From a virus (Duplodnaviria > Caudoviricetes), in IMG/VR virus record IMGVR_UViG_3300020120_000062, positions 1-35,600 of that record: DNA of 35,600 nucleotides; one strand, written 5' to 3'. Under the pieces are notes generated by a model. It saw only the letters and a program-made list of their open reading frames with translations, made no database searches and was not told where the DNA came from. The position numbers and the translations under genes were made by a program. This document shows, piece after piece, positions 9,309 to 17,279 of this stretch (positions are counted from its first letter, which is position 1; the number at the start of each line of letters is the position of its first letter).

Positions 9309-10114
9309 GCCCGCACCTCAGGACGGATGAGCCCATAGGCGCGCATCAGTTCGCCGATCGAGGCGGGCTGTGTCGGGGCCACCTTCTCGCGCCGCGGCGC
9401 CCTGGGCTTCGACGGCTTGATGGCGGTGCCTTGCAGCGTCACTGGATCGTTGCACACCGCGTCGTAGTCGTAGGCGCGGCGGTAGAGCCAGAATTTCTGG
9501 CGGAACGGGTTCAACTGCTCGTGCGTCCACTCGCGATGGATCGGCTTGGAGCCGTCCTTCGGCAGCACGATCAGGTGATAGCCTTCGGTGATCTTCTCGG
9601 CGGGGTGGGTCTCTTCCCACAGGATGCCGTAGGCGGCGAGCTGGAGGACCATATCCTCGTAGACCTCGCCTTTGGTCGATGTCTTGAAGTCGACGAGCCC
9701 GAGGCCCTTGCGGATGTGGGCGACGTTGTCGATCGTGCCGCCGAATTGCAGCCGCTCGGATACGAGGGAGAGTTCCTGGACGTGCGGCTCGACCGCGAAC
9801 TCCGCACGCCACTGCTTGAACGAGGCAAACGCCGCGCGGGCCTTGTCTTGCTCGTCGGGGTCGCGCAGGGTCGCGGTGAGATAGAACTCGATCGACTCGG
9901 CCGGGTCGCCCTTGAGGTCGAGTTCGGCCATGGTGTGCGTTGCCGTGCCCACATCCAAGGCGCTGTTGTCGTAGAGCTTGGCGTGGCCTTGCTTCCCGCG
10001 GGCGAACGCCCAGTAGAGCAGGCGGTCGCGGTTCATGAACCGCTTGATGATGTCGGTTGTGCCGGGGATCGGTTGGCCGGCAGCGTTCCTGTACCCTTCG
10101 GATGGACGTGCCAT
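9305..10114 (-). CDS. PD-(D/E)XK nuclease family protein (phage exonuclease, Cas4/RecB-like fold)
   Basis: GTATH...E...GGTID...LVDFKTS...QLAAY motifs. Confidence 0.85.
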   Translation of the reverse strand: MARPSEGYRNAAGQPIPGTTDIIKRFMNRDRLLYWAFARGKQGHAKLYDNSALDVGTATHTMAELDLKGDPAESIEFYLTATLRDPDEQDKARAAFASFKQWRAEFAVEPHVQELSLVSERLQFGGTIDNVAHIRKGLGLVDFKTSTKGEVYEDMVLQLAAYGILWEETHPAEKITEGYHLIVLPKDGSKPIHREWTHEQLNPFRQKFWLYRRAYDYDAVCNDPVTLQGTAIKPSKPRAPRREKVAPTQPASIGELMRAYGLIRPEVRA

Positions 10115-10116
10115 GG

Positions 10117-10281
10117 TCAGATTCCCCCCTCGACAAAGCTCTCGGCCTTCATCTTCGCAATGAGGCTTTCGTGCATCAGTCGGCGATACTCCGGATTGTC
10201 CAGGCTATCGCAATGTTTCACGGCCTCGCGCTCCCGCTCGATTGACTGGAGCGCGTGCTCTGCGGCTTCGCTTCTGGTCAT
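10117..10281 (-). CDS. Small hypothetical protein (54 aa, MTRSEAAEHALQ...)
   Basis: Below the ORF-track cutoff; strong RBS GGGGAGG before ATG; fills the operon gap. Confidence 0.6.
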   Translation of the reverse strand: MTRSEAAEHALQSIEREREAVKHCDSLDNPEYRRLMHESLIAKMKAESFVEGGI

Positions 10282-10293
10282 GATTGCCTCCCC

Positions 10294-10704
10294 TCACGCC
10301 GCCGCGTAATCGCGGCGCATCTTGTACCGCGTGTCGCCGTCGCCGATCTCGGCCCCGATCTCTTCCTCGCGGTTTTCGACCGCCGCGCAGATCGAAAACG
10401 TTGCGTTGCCCTCGAGGGCGCCGAGAAGTTGATCGGTGAACAGGGTGAGATCGACGTCGTAGCCGAAATGCGCCTTGGCCTCGCGGCCGATCTCGTAGAG
10501 CGCGGCATCGACGATGCGGGCGATGTCGAGCAGATCGCGGGTGAGGGCTTGGGCGTCGGACTTGTCGGCCTCGCCGCGCAGGGTGGTCATCTGCAGGGCG
10601 CACAGCTTGCGCCCGCAGTTCTGCACAATGAGATCGAGGGGGTTGGGGGAGCGATTGCCGCCGGAGGGCGGAATCGTGCTAACTGAGGTCAGGGCTGGCG
10701 ACAT
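10294..10704 (-). CDS. Hypothetical protein
   Basis: 136 aa ORF with GGAG upstream; first gene of the leftward cassette. Confidence 0.65.
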   Translation of the reverse strand: MSPALTSVSTIPPSGGNRSPNPLDLIVQNCGRKLCALQMTTLRGEADKSDAQALTRDLLDIARIVDAALYEIGREAKAHFGYDVDLTLFTDQLLGALEGNATFSICAAVENREEEIGAEIGDGDTRYKMRRDYAAA

Positions 10705-10794
10705 GGAAGGACTCCGCAGTTTGTCCGTGTTGCTGGTCTATGGGTGGGGGCGGCGGTGCAAACGCTGTCCTCACCCGCTTGCTTTCTACAGCCA

Positions 10795-10826
10795 ATGTCT
10801 ATACAGTGGCCAAATCGCACTGTCAA
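10795..10826 (-). promoter_or_regulatory. Sigma70-like leftward promoter with inverted repeat (likely RHH operator)
   Basis: Minus strand TTGACA-17 bp-TATAGA; ACAGTG...CACTGT inverted repeat overlaps the spacer. Confidence 0.55.
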
Positions 10827-10844
10827 GCCACTGGCTACACAAAA

Positions 10845-11000
10845 ATGAACAAGCGGCAAAAGACGGCCCAGATCAACCTGCGGGTGCTCCCGCAACTCAA
10901 GGATGAGGCCGAAAAGGCGGCGGCGGAAGATCACCGCTCGCTCACGTCGCTGATCGAAAAGCTGCTGGCGGATTATTTGCAGCGGAGGCGGCAGCGATGA
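10845..11000 (+). CDS. Arc/Mnt-like ribbon-helix-helix repressor
   Basis: TAQINLRVLPQLKDEAEKAAAEDHRSLTSLIEKLL is a typical RHH pattern; divergent from the cassette. Confidence 0.85.
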   Translation: MNKRQKTAQINLRVLPQLKDEAEKAAAEDHRSLTSLIEKLLADYLQRRRQR

Positions 11001-11194
11001 GCGAAAAGCGCCACGGTTGGAAGGGGCCGACCGCAGAGACTTCGCGATGTCTCGCGCCGGTTCGATGGAATGGTGGTCGCCTGCAACAATTGTGGCTCAT
11101 TCAGACTTCAACGAACGGCGATGGATCGATTGGCCTCGTCATCGAACAGCGCGAAGAGTGGCGCGACGTTCCAAATACCGGCGCTTCAATCTGA
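10997..11194 (+). CDS. Hypothetical protein
   Basis: ATGA overlap with the RHH gene; LQQLW...EEWRDVP motif. Confidence 0.6.
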   Translation: MSEKRHGWKGPTAETSRCLAPVRWNGGRLQQLWLIQTSTNGDGSIGLVIEQREEWRDVPNTGASI

Positions 11195-11283
11195 CTTGCT
11201 CCGCTGCCCGCTCACCGTGAAAATCTCACGGCTTGAAGCTCCGGTCATAGTCCACAAAATCTAATCTTCCTTCCTTCCAATTT

Positions 11284-11330
11284 TGTTTCAGGCAACCACC
11301 ACCCGTGCGGGATCGCGAGTGCGATCACCC
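11284..11330 (-). repeat. Bipartite motif copy A (GGGTGATCGCACTC-N24-CCTGAAACA)
   Basis: Exact 14-mer on the minus strand, 24-nt spacer, CCTGAA box; intergenic. Confidence 0.9.
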
Positions 11331-11357
11331 GGGCGAAGTGCTCGTGAGGATTCTCTC

Positions 11358-11516
11358 ATGACCGAGTTTTTCATCGCGAGCGGCCTCGTCATCGCGTTCT
11401 GCATCGGCTGGCTGATCGGCGACGACCACGGCCGCAACACGACCAACCGACAGTGGGCCGGCTGGGCGGAACGCCAGCATCAGGCCCAGTGGCCGAAGAG
11501 GAAAACCAACCCATGA
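11358..11516 (+). CDS. Small single-TM protein at the head of the lysis module
   Basis: GAGG RBS; MTEFFIASGLVIAFCIGWLIG; ATGA overlap with the endolysin. Confidence 0.6.
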   Translation: MTEFFIASGLVIAFCIGWLIGDDHGRNTTNRQWAGWAERQHQAQWPKRKTNP

Positions 11517-12160
11517 CGGATATCGCGGCCCTCAAGGCGAAGAACGCGCAACGCTGGGCGAGCATGCACCTCAACGCGGATCGCATTTCGGCATTTGACG
11601 CGACCGCGCGGCGGCTTTGCGCGCCCGACGCCAAGGGGCGCTTTGCGGCCGTCACCGATCGGCTCGTTGCGCTCAACCTCCAGCCTGTGCCGTGGTGGTT
11701 CATCGCCGTTGTTGCCGAGCGCGAATATGGCGGCCCGCCGCATTGGGACAAGCAGCTCGGGCAGGGCGATCCGCTGCACCAGGTCTCGCGCCACGATCCC
11801 GCCGGCCGCGGCCCCTTCCTCGACCATCCCGGCGACACGACGCCGGGCAACGACGCATGGACGCGCGGTGCGCTCGATGCGCTGATCGATTGCGGACCCT
11901 ACGCGGCGAAGTGGACCGACTGGAGCGTCGGCGGAACGCTGACGTTGCTCGAAGAATACAACGGCCTCGGATACGCGGCCATGGGCGTGCCGTCCGCCTA
12001 CGTGTGGTCCGGTTCGGATCAATACGTGAGCGGAAAATACATCGCCGATCATGTCTATCGCGCGAGCGCAATCGATGTGCAGGAAGGCTGCGCGCCGATC
12101 ATCGCGCGCATGATGGTGATCGACCCTTCGGTTCAATTCGGGAGCGGACCCCATGCCTGA
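11513..12160 (+). CDS. Endolysin, lysozyme-family (COG5526-like)
   Basis: VPWWFIAVVAERE...LGQGDPL...LEEYNGLGY...PSAYVWSGSDQYVSGKYIAD signature. Confidence 0.8.
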   Translation: MTDIAALKAKNAQRWASMHLNADRISAFDATARRLCAPDAKGRFAAVTDRLVALNLQPVPWWFIAVVAEREYGGPPHWDKQLGQGDPLHQVSRHDPAGRGPFLDHPGDTTPGNDAWTRGALDALIDCGPYAAKWTDWSVGGTLTLLEEYNGLGYAAMGVPSAYVWSGSDQYVSGKYIADHVYRASAIDVQEGCAPIIARMMVIDPSVQFGSGPHA

Positions 12161-12833
12161 CATCCTCGACACCAATCGCAACACCTTCGGCCATTACGAC
12201 GCGCTCAAATCTGCCGGCGTCAAGACCGTGATCCGCTACATCGCGGCCGGGCTCGAGGACCACGAGAAGGTCATCAAGCAGGGCGAGGCGCATGCGATCG
12301 CCGACGCTGGCTTGCGCCTCGGTCTCGTCTACGAGATCGGCGGGCGGCCGAGCGGCAATTCGGTCGGCGCCCGCGACGGCATCTACGCGCGCGCCTATGC
12401 GCCCAAGGTCGGTGCGCCGGCCTGCGCGATCATCTGGTACACGGTCGACTGGGATGCCGGCCCCGGCGACCTGCCGGGCATCGTCGCGGCGTTCCGCGCC
12501 TTCAAGGCGGCGCTGGAAGATCCAGCCGTCGACAATCCCGCCTACCGCGTCGGCGCCTATGCGTCCGGCTACATCTGCGATCAGCTTTTCAACGCCGGGC
12601 TTTGCGCCGCACGCTGGCTCACCGACTCGCGCGGCTTCCGCGGCACGCGGGATTCGATGGCGGCCGGCAGATACGAATTGCTCCAGGCGCTGCCGCAGAC
12701 GATCGCCGGGCTCGATACCGATCCCGATGCGATCCACGCCGCGGTCGACGGCAGGACAACCGACATCGGCGATTTCGTTCCGTTCGCCGATACGGGCGAC
12801 CCGGTCTATCCGAGGCCCGGCGAGGGGGTGTGA
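12153..12833 (+). CDS. DUF1906 / Rv2525c-like (GH25-related) glycoside hydrolase
   Basis: ILDT...VIRY...EA..I.DAGL.LGLVYE...IWYTVDWD...YRVGAYASG TIM-barrel pattern. Confidence 0.8.
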   Translation: MPDILDTNRNTFGHYDALKSAGVKTVIRYIAAGLEDHEKVIKQGEAHAIADAGLRLGLVYEIGGRPSGNSVGARDGIYARAYAPKVGAPACAIIWYTVDWDAGPGDLPGIVAAFRAFKAALEDPAVDNPAYRVGAYASGYICDQLFNAGLCAARWLTDSRGFRGTRDSMAAGRYELLQALPQTIAGLDTDPDAIHAAVDGRTTDIGDFVPFADTGDPVYPRPGEGV

Positions 12834-12834
12834 C

Positions 12835-13083
12835 ATGGGCGCCACCCCCTGGCGGATCGACATCAGGGCGCACAACGACGCCCACGCGATCGAGCTCATC
12901 CGCGGGAACAACCTGCCGCCACTTGCCGAGCAGCATCTCGTCGGCCTGATCGTCGGCCAGCAGGGCTATTACACGCGCCTCTATCGTCCTGACGGCCCGG
13001 TGCGGGTGATCGGCCACTGCACCGACCGCGGCGCCTACGTCGAGCTGGCCGAGGCGCGGCTCGAATATCCGGCCGCCGCATGA
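12835..13083 (+). CDS. Hypothetical protein
   Basis: GAGGGGG RBS; coupled to the lipase gene by ATGA overlap. Confidence 0.6.
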   Translation: MGATPWRIDIRAHNDAHAIELIRGNNLPPLAEQHLVGLIVGQQGYYTRLYRPDGPVRVIGHCTDRGAYVELAEARLEYPAAA

Positions 13084-13742
13084 GCCTCACCCATCGCGAC
13101 CTCGCCGGCTACGTCCAAGCCCTCTACGTCGCCCCCGACAGCGTGCCGTGGTTCTATCGCAGCAACCCGGACGCCAACGTGGTGATGGGGATCATGCGGC
13201 TGGGCCATTACCTCATCGTCGCATGCCGCGGCTCCTACACCGGCACCGACTGGCTCCACGACGTGCTGGTGCGAGACATCGACCCTGCCGGCCGCCCCGC
13301 GATCAAGCGGGTTCATTCCGGGTTCTATTCGGGCACCCCGGAAGCGTGGGATCTCGTCGAGATGATCTACAACGACGGCGACAAGGTCATCTTCGTCGGC
13401 CACTCGCTCGGCGGAGCGCGGGTCGAAATCCTCGCCGAGCACATGCTCGCGGTTCTCGGCATTGCCCCGCACCTCGTCGTGACCTGGGGTGAGCCGGCGC
13501 CGTTCAAGCCGTCGACGCTGGTGGCCCCGACCTATCCTTTCAAACGCTACCGTAACGTGGTCGGCGACGGCGAGGACGATATCGACGCGGTCACATGGTC
13601 AACCGATCTCGCCGGCTATCGTCGCCGTGTCCCGTTTACCGACGTCTCGGCGGCCCCACCCCAACGCAATCGGCTCGATCCGTTCGAGCTGCATCATTTC
13701 ACCCTCTACCAGAGCGTCACACCCGCAACGGAGATCCCATGA
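13080..13742 (+). CDS. Class-3 lipase family alpha/beta hydrolase
   Basis: RGS oxyanion motif, DWLHD, VHSGF, GHSLGG nucleophile elbow, TWGEP, D and C-terminal H. Confidence 0.88.
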   Translation: MSLTHRDLAGYVQALYVAPDSVPWFYRSNPDANVVMGIMRLGHYLIVACRGSYTGTDWLHDVLVRDIDPAGRPAIKRVHSGFYSGTPEAWDLVEMIYNDGDKVIFVGHSLGGARVEILAEHMLAVLGIAPHLVVTWGEPAPFKPSTLVAPTYPFKRYRNVVGDGEDDIDAVTWSTDLAGYRRRVPFTDVSAAPPQRNRLDPFELHHFTLYQSVTPATEIP

Positions 13743-14080
13743 CCTACGAAGCCTTGAAACCATTCCTCGCCGCCTTCGTGCGCTGGGCACTCACCGCGCT
13801 TGCGAGCATGCTTGCAGCACACGGTCTGATGAGTTCGAGCGGCACGGAGCAATTCATCGGGTTCGGCATGACGCTTGCCAGCCTCGCCTGGTCGTGGTGG
13901 GAAAAGAGCGGCCGTGCCGCGGTGGCAGCCGATATCGCCAACCTGCGGGCAATTCTGGCCGCGCGGGCGGCTGCTGCGCGAACTGGTGCCCCGACGACGG
14001 CGCTGCCCCCGCTCCAAGCCGGCGGGACGGTCGCGGTGCCGCCGCAGGCGGTTGTCGCGCCGACCACAAAGGTGGGGTGA
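13739..14080 (+). CDS. Putative holin
   Basis: Two TM segments; VRWALT...AWSWWEK pattern; lysis context. Confidence 0.65.
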   Translation: MTYEALKPFLAAFVRWALTALASMLAAHGLMSSSGTEQFIGFGMTLASLAWSWWEKSGRAAVAADIANLRAILAARAAAARTGAPTTALPPLQAGGTVAVPPQAVVAPTTKVG

Positions 14081-14085
14081 ACGCC

Positions 14086-14694
14086 ATGCGCAGAATCGCC
14101 ATTGCCATCGTGATCGCCGTCCTCCTGCCGGGGATCGCCGCCGCGCAGTCGCAGCGAAACCTCACCGGGAATCCAATCCAGGACATCAAGAACAAGATCG
14201 ACGAGAGAAACAACTCGGGTGGTGGAACAGCCGTCGCCGCGGTTCCCGCCTTCAAGCCGCTGCAGGACCTCGCCGCTTTCATCGGCGACGACATCGACGA
14301 GGCGATCCGGCTTTCGACCGCCATCGACGGCATGAAAGACGGTCACGGGCAGCAGTGCCTGATCGGTCTGCGCGATCTCGGGGCCGTCATCAAGCAACAC
14401 CCGACGCCGGTATCGTTCCGCCTCGCCAGCGACCTGGAGGCGCTGCGGCTGCAACAGATGGCGATCAACAAGCTCTGCTCGAACGTGCACTGCACCCAGG
14501 TGTTCGGCGACGTGACCAACTTCATTCAATCGGCCTCGCCTATCCCGCTGCCGATTCCGAGCCTGCACGACATCTGCGCGAAGATCCCGCAGATTGCCGT
14601 CGCCGATCCGATAGACGTGCCCGCCAGCACGTCAACGCCGCCGGCCCCGCCTCAGACAACCCCGGCGCCATCCCCCAATCCCACGCCTCCGTAG
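14086..14694 (+). CDS. Secreted/periplasmic Cys-containing protein with Pro-rich tail
   Basis: Sec-type signal MRRIAIAIVIAVLLPGIAAA; 4 Cys; no lipobox. Confidence 0.7.
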   Translation: MRRIAIAIVIAVLLPGIAAAQSQRNLTGNPIQDIKNKIDERNNSGGGTAVAAVPAFKPLQDLAAFIGDDIDEAIRLSTAIDGMKDGHGQQCLIGLRDLGAVIKQHPTPVSFRLASDLEALRLQQMAINKLCSNVHCTQVFGDVTNFIQSASPIPLPIPSLHDICAKIPQIAVADPIDVPASTSTPPAPPQTTPAPSPNPTPP

Positions 14695-14711
14695 GGGCTT
14701 GAAACGCTCGT

Positions 14712-14758
14712 GGGTGATCGCACTCCCGCCCGCACATAGGAAGCGGTTGCCTGAATCA
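14712..14758 (+). repeat. Bipartite motif copy B (GGGTGATCGCACTC-N24-CCTGAATCA)
   Basis: Exact 14-mer, 24-nt spacer, CCTGAA box; intergenic. Confidence 0.9.
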
Positions 14759-14779
14759 AATCAAACAGGAGAATCCCCC

Positions 14780-14965
14780 ATGTCCGACGACTATGCAATC
14801 GCCACTGCGGCGGCCGAGACCGAAGTGCAGGCCGAGATCAAGCAGTTCGTCCCGGCGATGTTCCAGAGCCGCATTCCGCCGGAAGCGATTCACAAGATGG
14901 CGGTCAATGTGGCGAAGGTTGTCGTGGACGCCCTCGCCAAGGCGCACGCCCCGCCCTCCGGCTGA
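14780..14965 (+). CDS. Hypothetical protein (61 aa)
   Basis: AGGAGA RBS; amphipathic helical sequence. Confidence 0.65.
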   Translation: MSDDYAIATAAAETEVQAEIKQFVPAMFQSRIPPEAIHKMAVNVAKVVVDALAKAHAPPSG

Positions 14966-15162
14966 CCATCATCGCCTTACCCGTGGGCCGCCCGACGTGG
15001 TCGAGACGCCGGGCGACCCCGATCACCACGAGGCCCTTGGAGCCCCGCGATGACCGATTGCAATATACGCCATAAAGTTGTGAATAGACGTGAAGTCGAC
15101 CACATCTTTTCTGCGCTGCCGCATGTCTAGCGGCGGTAACCGGATGGATGCGGGAGGACTTC

Positions 15163-15591
15163 GTGCCTAGCGGAATCGCAGAATTGATCGCTCGGTTTCC
15201 ACAGCGGCTATTCGAGTGGATGACCGCGCTCATGATGCTCGGCATCGCGGCGACCATTGCGGCGAGCCCGCGCTCGATCGCGTCGGGCGGCTTCCATCTG
15301 ATGCAGAATATCGGGCTTGGTCCGCATTCGCTCGGATGGGCGTTTGCGGCGATCGGCAGCGTGCGGATGGCATCGCTCTACGCCAACGGTCGCTGGCCGT
15401 TTTATGGGCCATGGTGCCGGGCGGTAGGAGCACTCGGCGGCGCCTTTGTCTGGGTGCAGATGTCGCTGGCGCTGATCGCCTGGTCGGACACGGCCGGCTA
15501 CATCTCGATCGGCGTGAGCGTCTACGCCGTTCTCGCGCTTGGTGAGTTCATCTCGTGCTATCGGGCAGCGAACGATGCCCGAACCCATTAA
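15163..15591 (+). CDS. Four-TM membrane protein
   Basis: GGAGG before GTG; four hydrophobic segments. Confidence 0.7.
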   Translation: MPSGIAELIARFPQRLFEWMTALMMLGIAATIAASPRSIASGGFHLMQNIGLGPHSLGWAFAAIGSVRMASLYANGRWPFYGPWCRAVGALGGAFVWVQMSLALIAWSDTAGYISIGVSVYAVLALGEFISCYRAANDARTH

Positions 15592-15937
15592 CAGCCCGGA
15601 ATCGCTGACGGTCGTACAGATCGTCCTATGGTTCGGAACATTCGCAGGCGGCGCGCTCGCGGCATTCCTCGGCGTGCGCGCGAAGATGCGGCGCAACGGC
15701 AACGGGGACGTGCCACGACGCAGCATCGGCGGCGGCGTCGAATGGTTCTGGGACGGGCCGGTCGGCAAGGTGCTGGAGACGCTCCAGGCGATCTATCGCG
15801 AACTCAAGCAGGCCCGCGAGGACGCGGCACGCCACGCCGACGAACGCAACAAGAAGATGGACGAGCAGACCGGCATCCTGCGCGACATCGAGGACAACAC
15901 GCGAGATCGCTCGGGGCGGCCGACGCGGCGAGGGTAA
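15575..15937 (+). CDS. Single-TM coiled-coil protein
   Basis: TM followed by a charged helical tail; overlaps the upstream gene. Confidence 0.65.
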   Translation: MPEPINSPESLTVVQIVLWFGTFAGGALAAFLGVRAKMRRNGNGDVPRRSIGGGVEWFWDGPVGKVLETLQAIYRELKQAREDAARHADERNKKMDEQTGILRDIEDNTRDRSGRPTRRG

Positions 15938-15943
15938 GGCAGA

Positions 15944-16321
15944 ATGGCGGCGGCGAAAGACGACGACAACGGCGGCGTGCATCTGAGCTGGCCCATGATC
16001 GGCGTCATGGGCGCGCTGGTCGTGTCGATCGTCACTGGCGCGATCCAGCTCGGCGCCGTGCAGACCCATGTCGTGATCAACACCGGACGCCTCGACATCA
16101 TCGAGGCTCGCGAGCACGAGCAGACAGCCGAAGCGGCCCGGTTCAAATCCAGGCAGGAAATGGATGAGCGCCGGCTTGACGTGATCGAGGCAACCCGTCC
16201 GACCGTGGGCGAACTCGCCGGCATCACCAAATCGACGGACGCGCGGATCGGCGGGCTCGAGGACCGCATCCGCGCGCTGGAAAGCGCCCCGCGCGCGCCG
16301 ACGCTGCTGCCGGGGCACTGA
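15944..16321 (+). CDS. Single-TM coiled-coil protein (i-spanin-like topology, unproven)
   Basis: N-terminal TM then heptad-like LEDRIRALE. Confidence 0.6.
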   Translation: MAAAKDDDNGGVHLSWPMIGVMGALVVSIVTGAIQLGAVQTHVVINTGRLDIIEAREHEQTAEAARFKSRQEMDERRLDVIEATRPTVGELAGITKSTDARIGGLEDRIRALESAPRAPTLLPGH

Positions 16322-16322
16322 C

Positions 16323-16526
16323 ATGCCCACCTTCCGCGGCAAGTGCCTGCTGGTTCGCGACATTGGCGGGCTGATCGAGGCCGTGTTCGCGCTCGACGAC
16401 AACGCTCCGGACGAATTGAAATATCGCGACAATCCGCAATCCGACTTTCTGACTGTTCGGCGGTTCGAGGGTGAGCAGTTCGAGCATGGCGCACGCTACC
16501 GGCTCACCTATGAGCGGGAGGATTAA
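16323..16526 (+). CDS. Hypothetical protein
   Basis: ATG 1 nt after the upstream stop. Confidence 0.55.
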   Translation: MPTFRGKCLLVRDIGGLIEAVFALDDNAPDELKYRDNPQSDFLTVRRFEGEQFEHGARYRLTYERED

Positions 16527-16584
16527 GCGCGGGGAAAACAGTCCGCGACCGGCGGCGCCCGGTCACACTGGAAGGAAAAACACC

Positions 16585-16740
16585 ATGGGCCTGATCCTGC
16601 TCATCATCGTGCTTGTGCTTCTGTTCGGCGGCGGCTCGTACTATTCGGGCGGCTTCGGCTATGGCGGATACGGTCATGGCGGGGCGCTTGGGCTGATCCT
16701 GATCGTGATCGTGGTTCTCGTGCTGCTCGGTCGGTTCTAA
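16585..16740 (+). CDS. DUF3309-like small Gly-rich membrane protein
   Basis: MGLILLIIVLVLLFGGG...GYG..GGALGLILIVIVVLVLLGRF; AAGGA RBS. Confidence 0.8.
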   Translation: MGLILLIIVLVLLFGGGSYYSGGFGYGGYGHGGALGLILIVIVVLVLLGRF

Positions 16741-16749
16741 GCCCTTCTG

Positions 16750-16965
16750 ATGCGGCTTTCCCTCCGCCCCCTCGCCGTCGCGCTCGGTCTGCTTTCGCTG
16801 ACCACGGAGGCGGCCACGGGCGCTGGTGGCCCTCTCGTCACCGGCAAGTGCTGGTGCGCGATCTGGCCGGGCGCGTTCATTGCGCAGTGCGGATCGAGCC
16901 GGGTGACCTGCACCAAGCCGATGTGCGCGGCGGCTTGTCAGGCACGGATGCCGAAGCCCCGGTGA
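16750..16965 (+). CDS. Secreted six-cysteine small protein
   Basis: Signal-peptide-like N-terminus, then CxC-x9-C-x6-C-x4-C-x3-C; last ORF before the terminator. Confidence 0.55.
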   Translation: MRLSLRPLAVALGLLSLTTEAATGAGGPLVTGKCWCAIWPGAFIAQCGSSRVTCTKPMCAAACQARMPKPR

Positions 16966-16984
16966 AAGCCGGGGCTTTTGCTTT
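16954..16984 (+). terminator. Rho-independent terminator (possibly bidirectional)
   Basis: AAGCCCCGG-TGAAAG-CCGGGGCTT followed by TTGCTTT at the convergence of two operons. Confidence 0.85.
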
Positions 16985-17015
16985 GTGGAGATCCAGCATC
17001 ATTGCGCAACAATTC

Positions 17016-17272
17016 TGGGCCGGGCCCCGCAGATTTTCCTTGCGGCCAACCCACCCCTGGGGAGAGTTGAGGGCGCGTGCTCGCGTCCAGCCCGGCATAA
17101 GCTCACGATGTCCTCTTGTTTCCGGTCGCATAGGGACTCGACCGCTCGCTACCCATCCCGGCTTGGCCTGCCCCAGCGTGGTCCGAGCGCCTGTGCGCAT
17201 TGAGCGCACCAACTCCCACGCCAGAGCAAGCCTCACGGGCCAAAGCCTCGTCCGTCGGCCCTATGCGATTGG
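17016..17272. ncRNA. Candidate structured RNA locus (cloverleaf plus nested rod)
   Basis: Multiple nested inverted repeats in a gene-free gap; see findings. Strand uncertain. Confidence 0.45.
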
Positions 17273-17279
17273 TGATCAT

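Noticed and set aside
14714-14758. Bipartite motif as a conserved peptide (VIAL-x8-PE)
   Set aside because: No synonymous variation across copies and the downstream frames are unrelated; conservation is at the nucleotide level.
17016-17272. tmRNA, SRP, RNase P RNA or retron msr-msd identity
   Set aside because: Signature sequences are not seen and no reverse transcriptase is encoded in the window.
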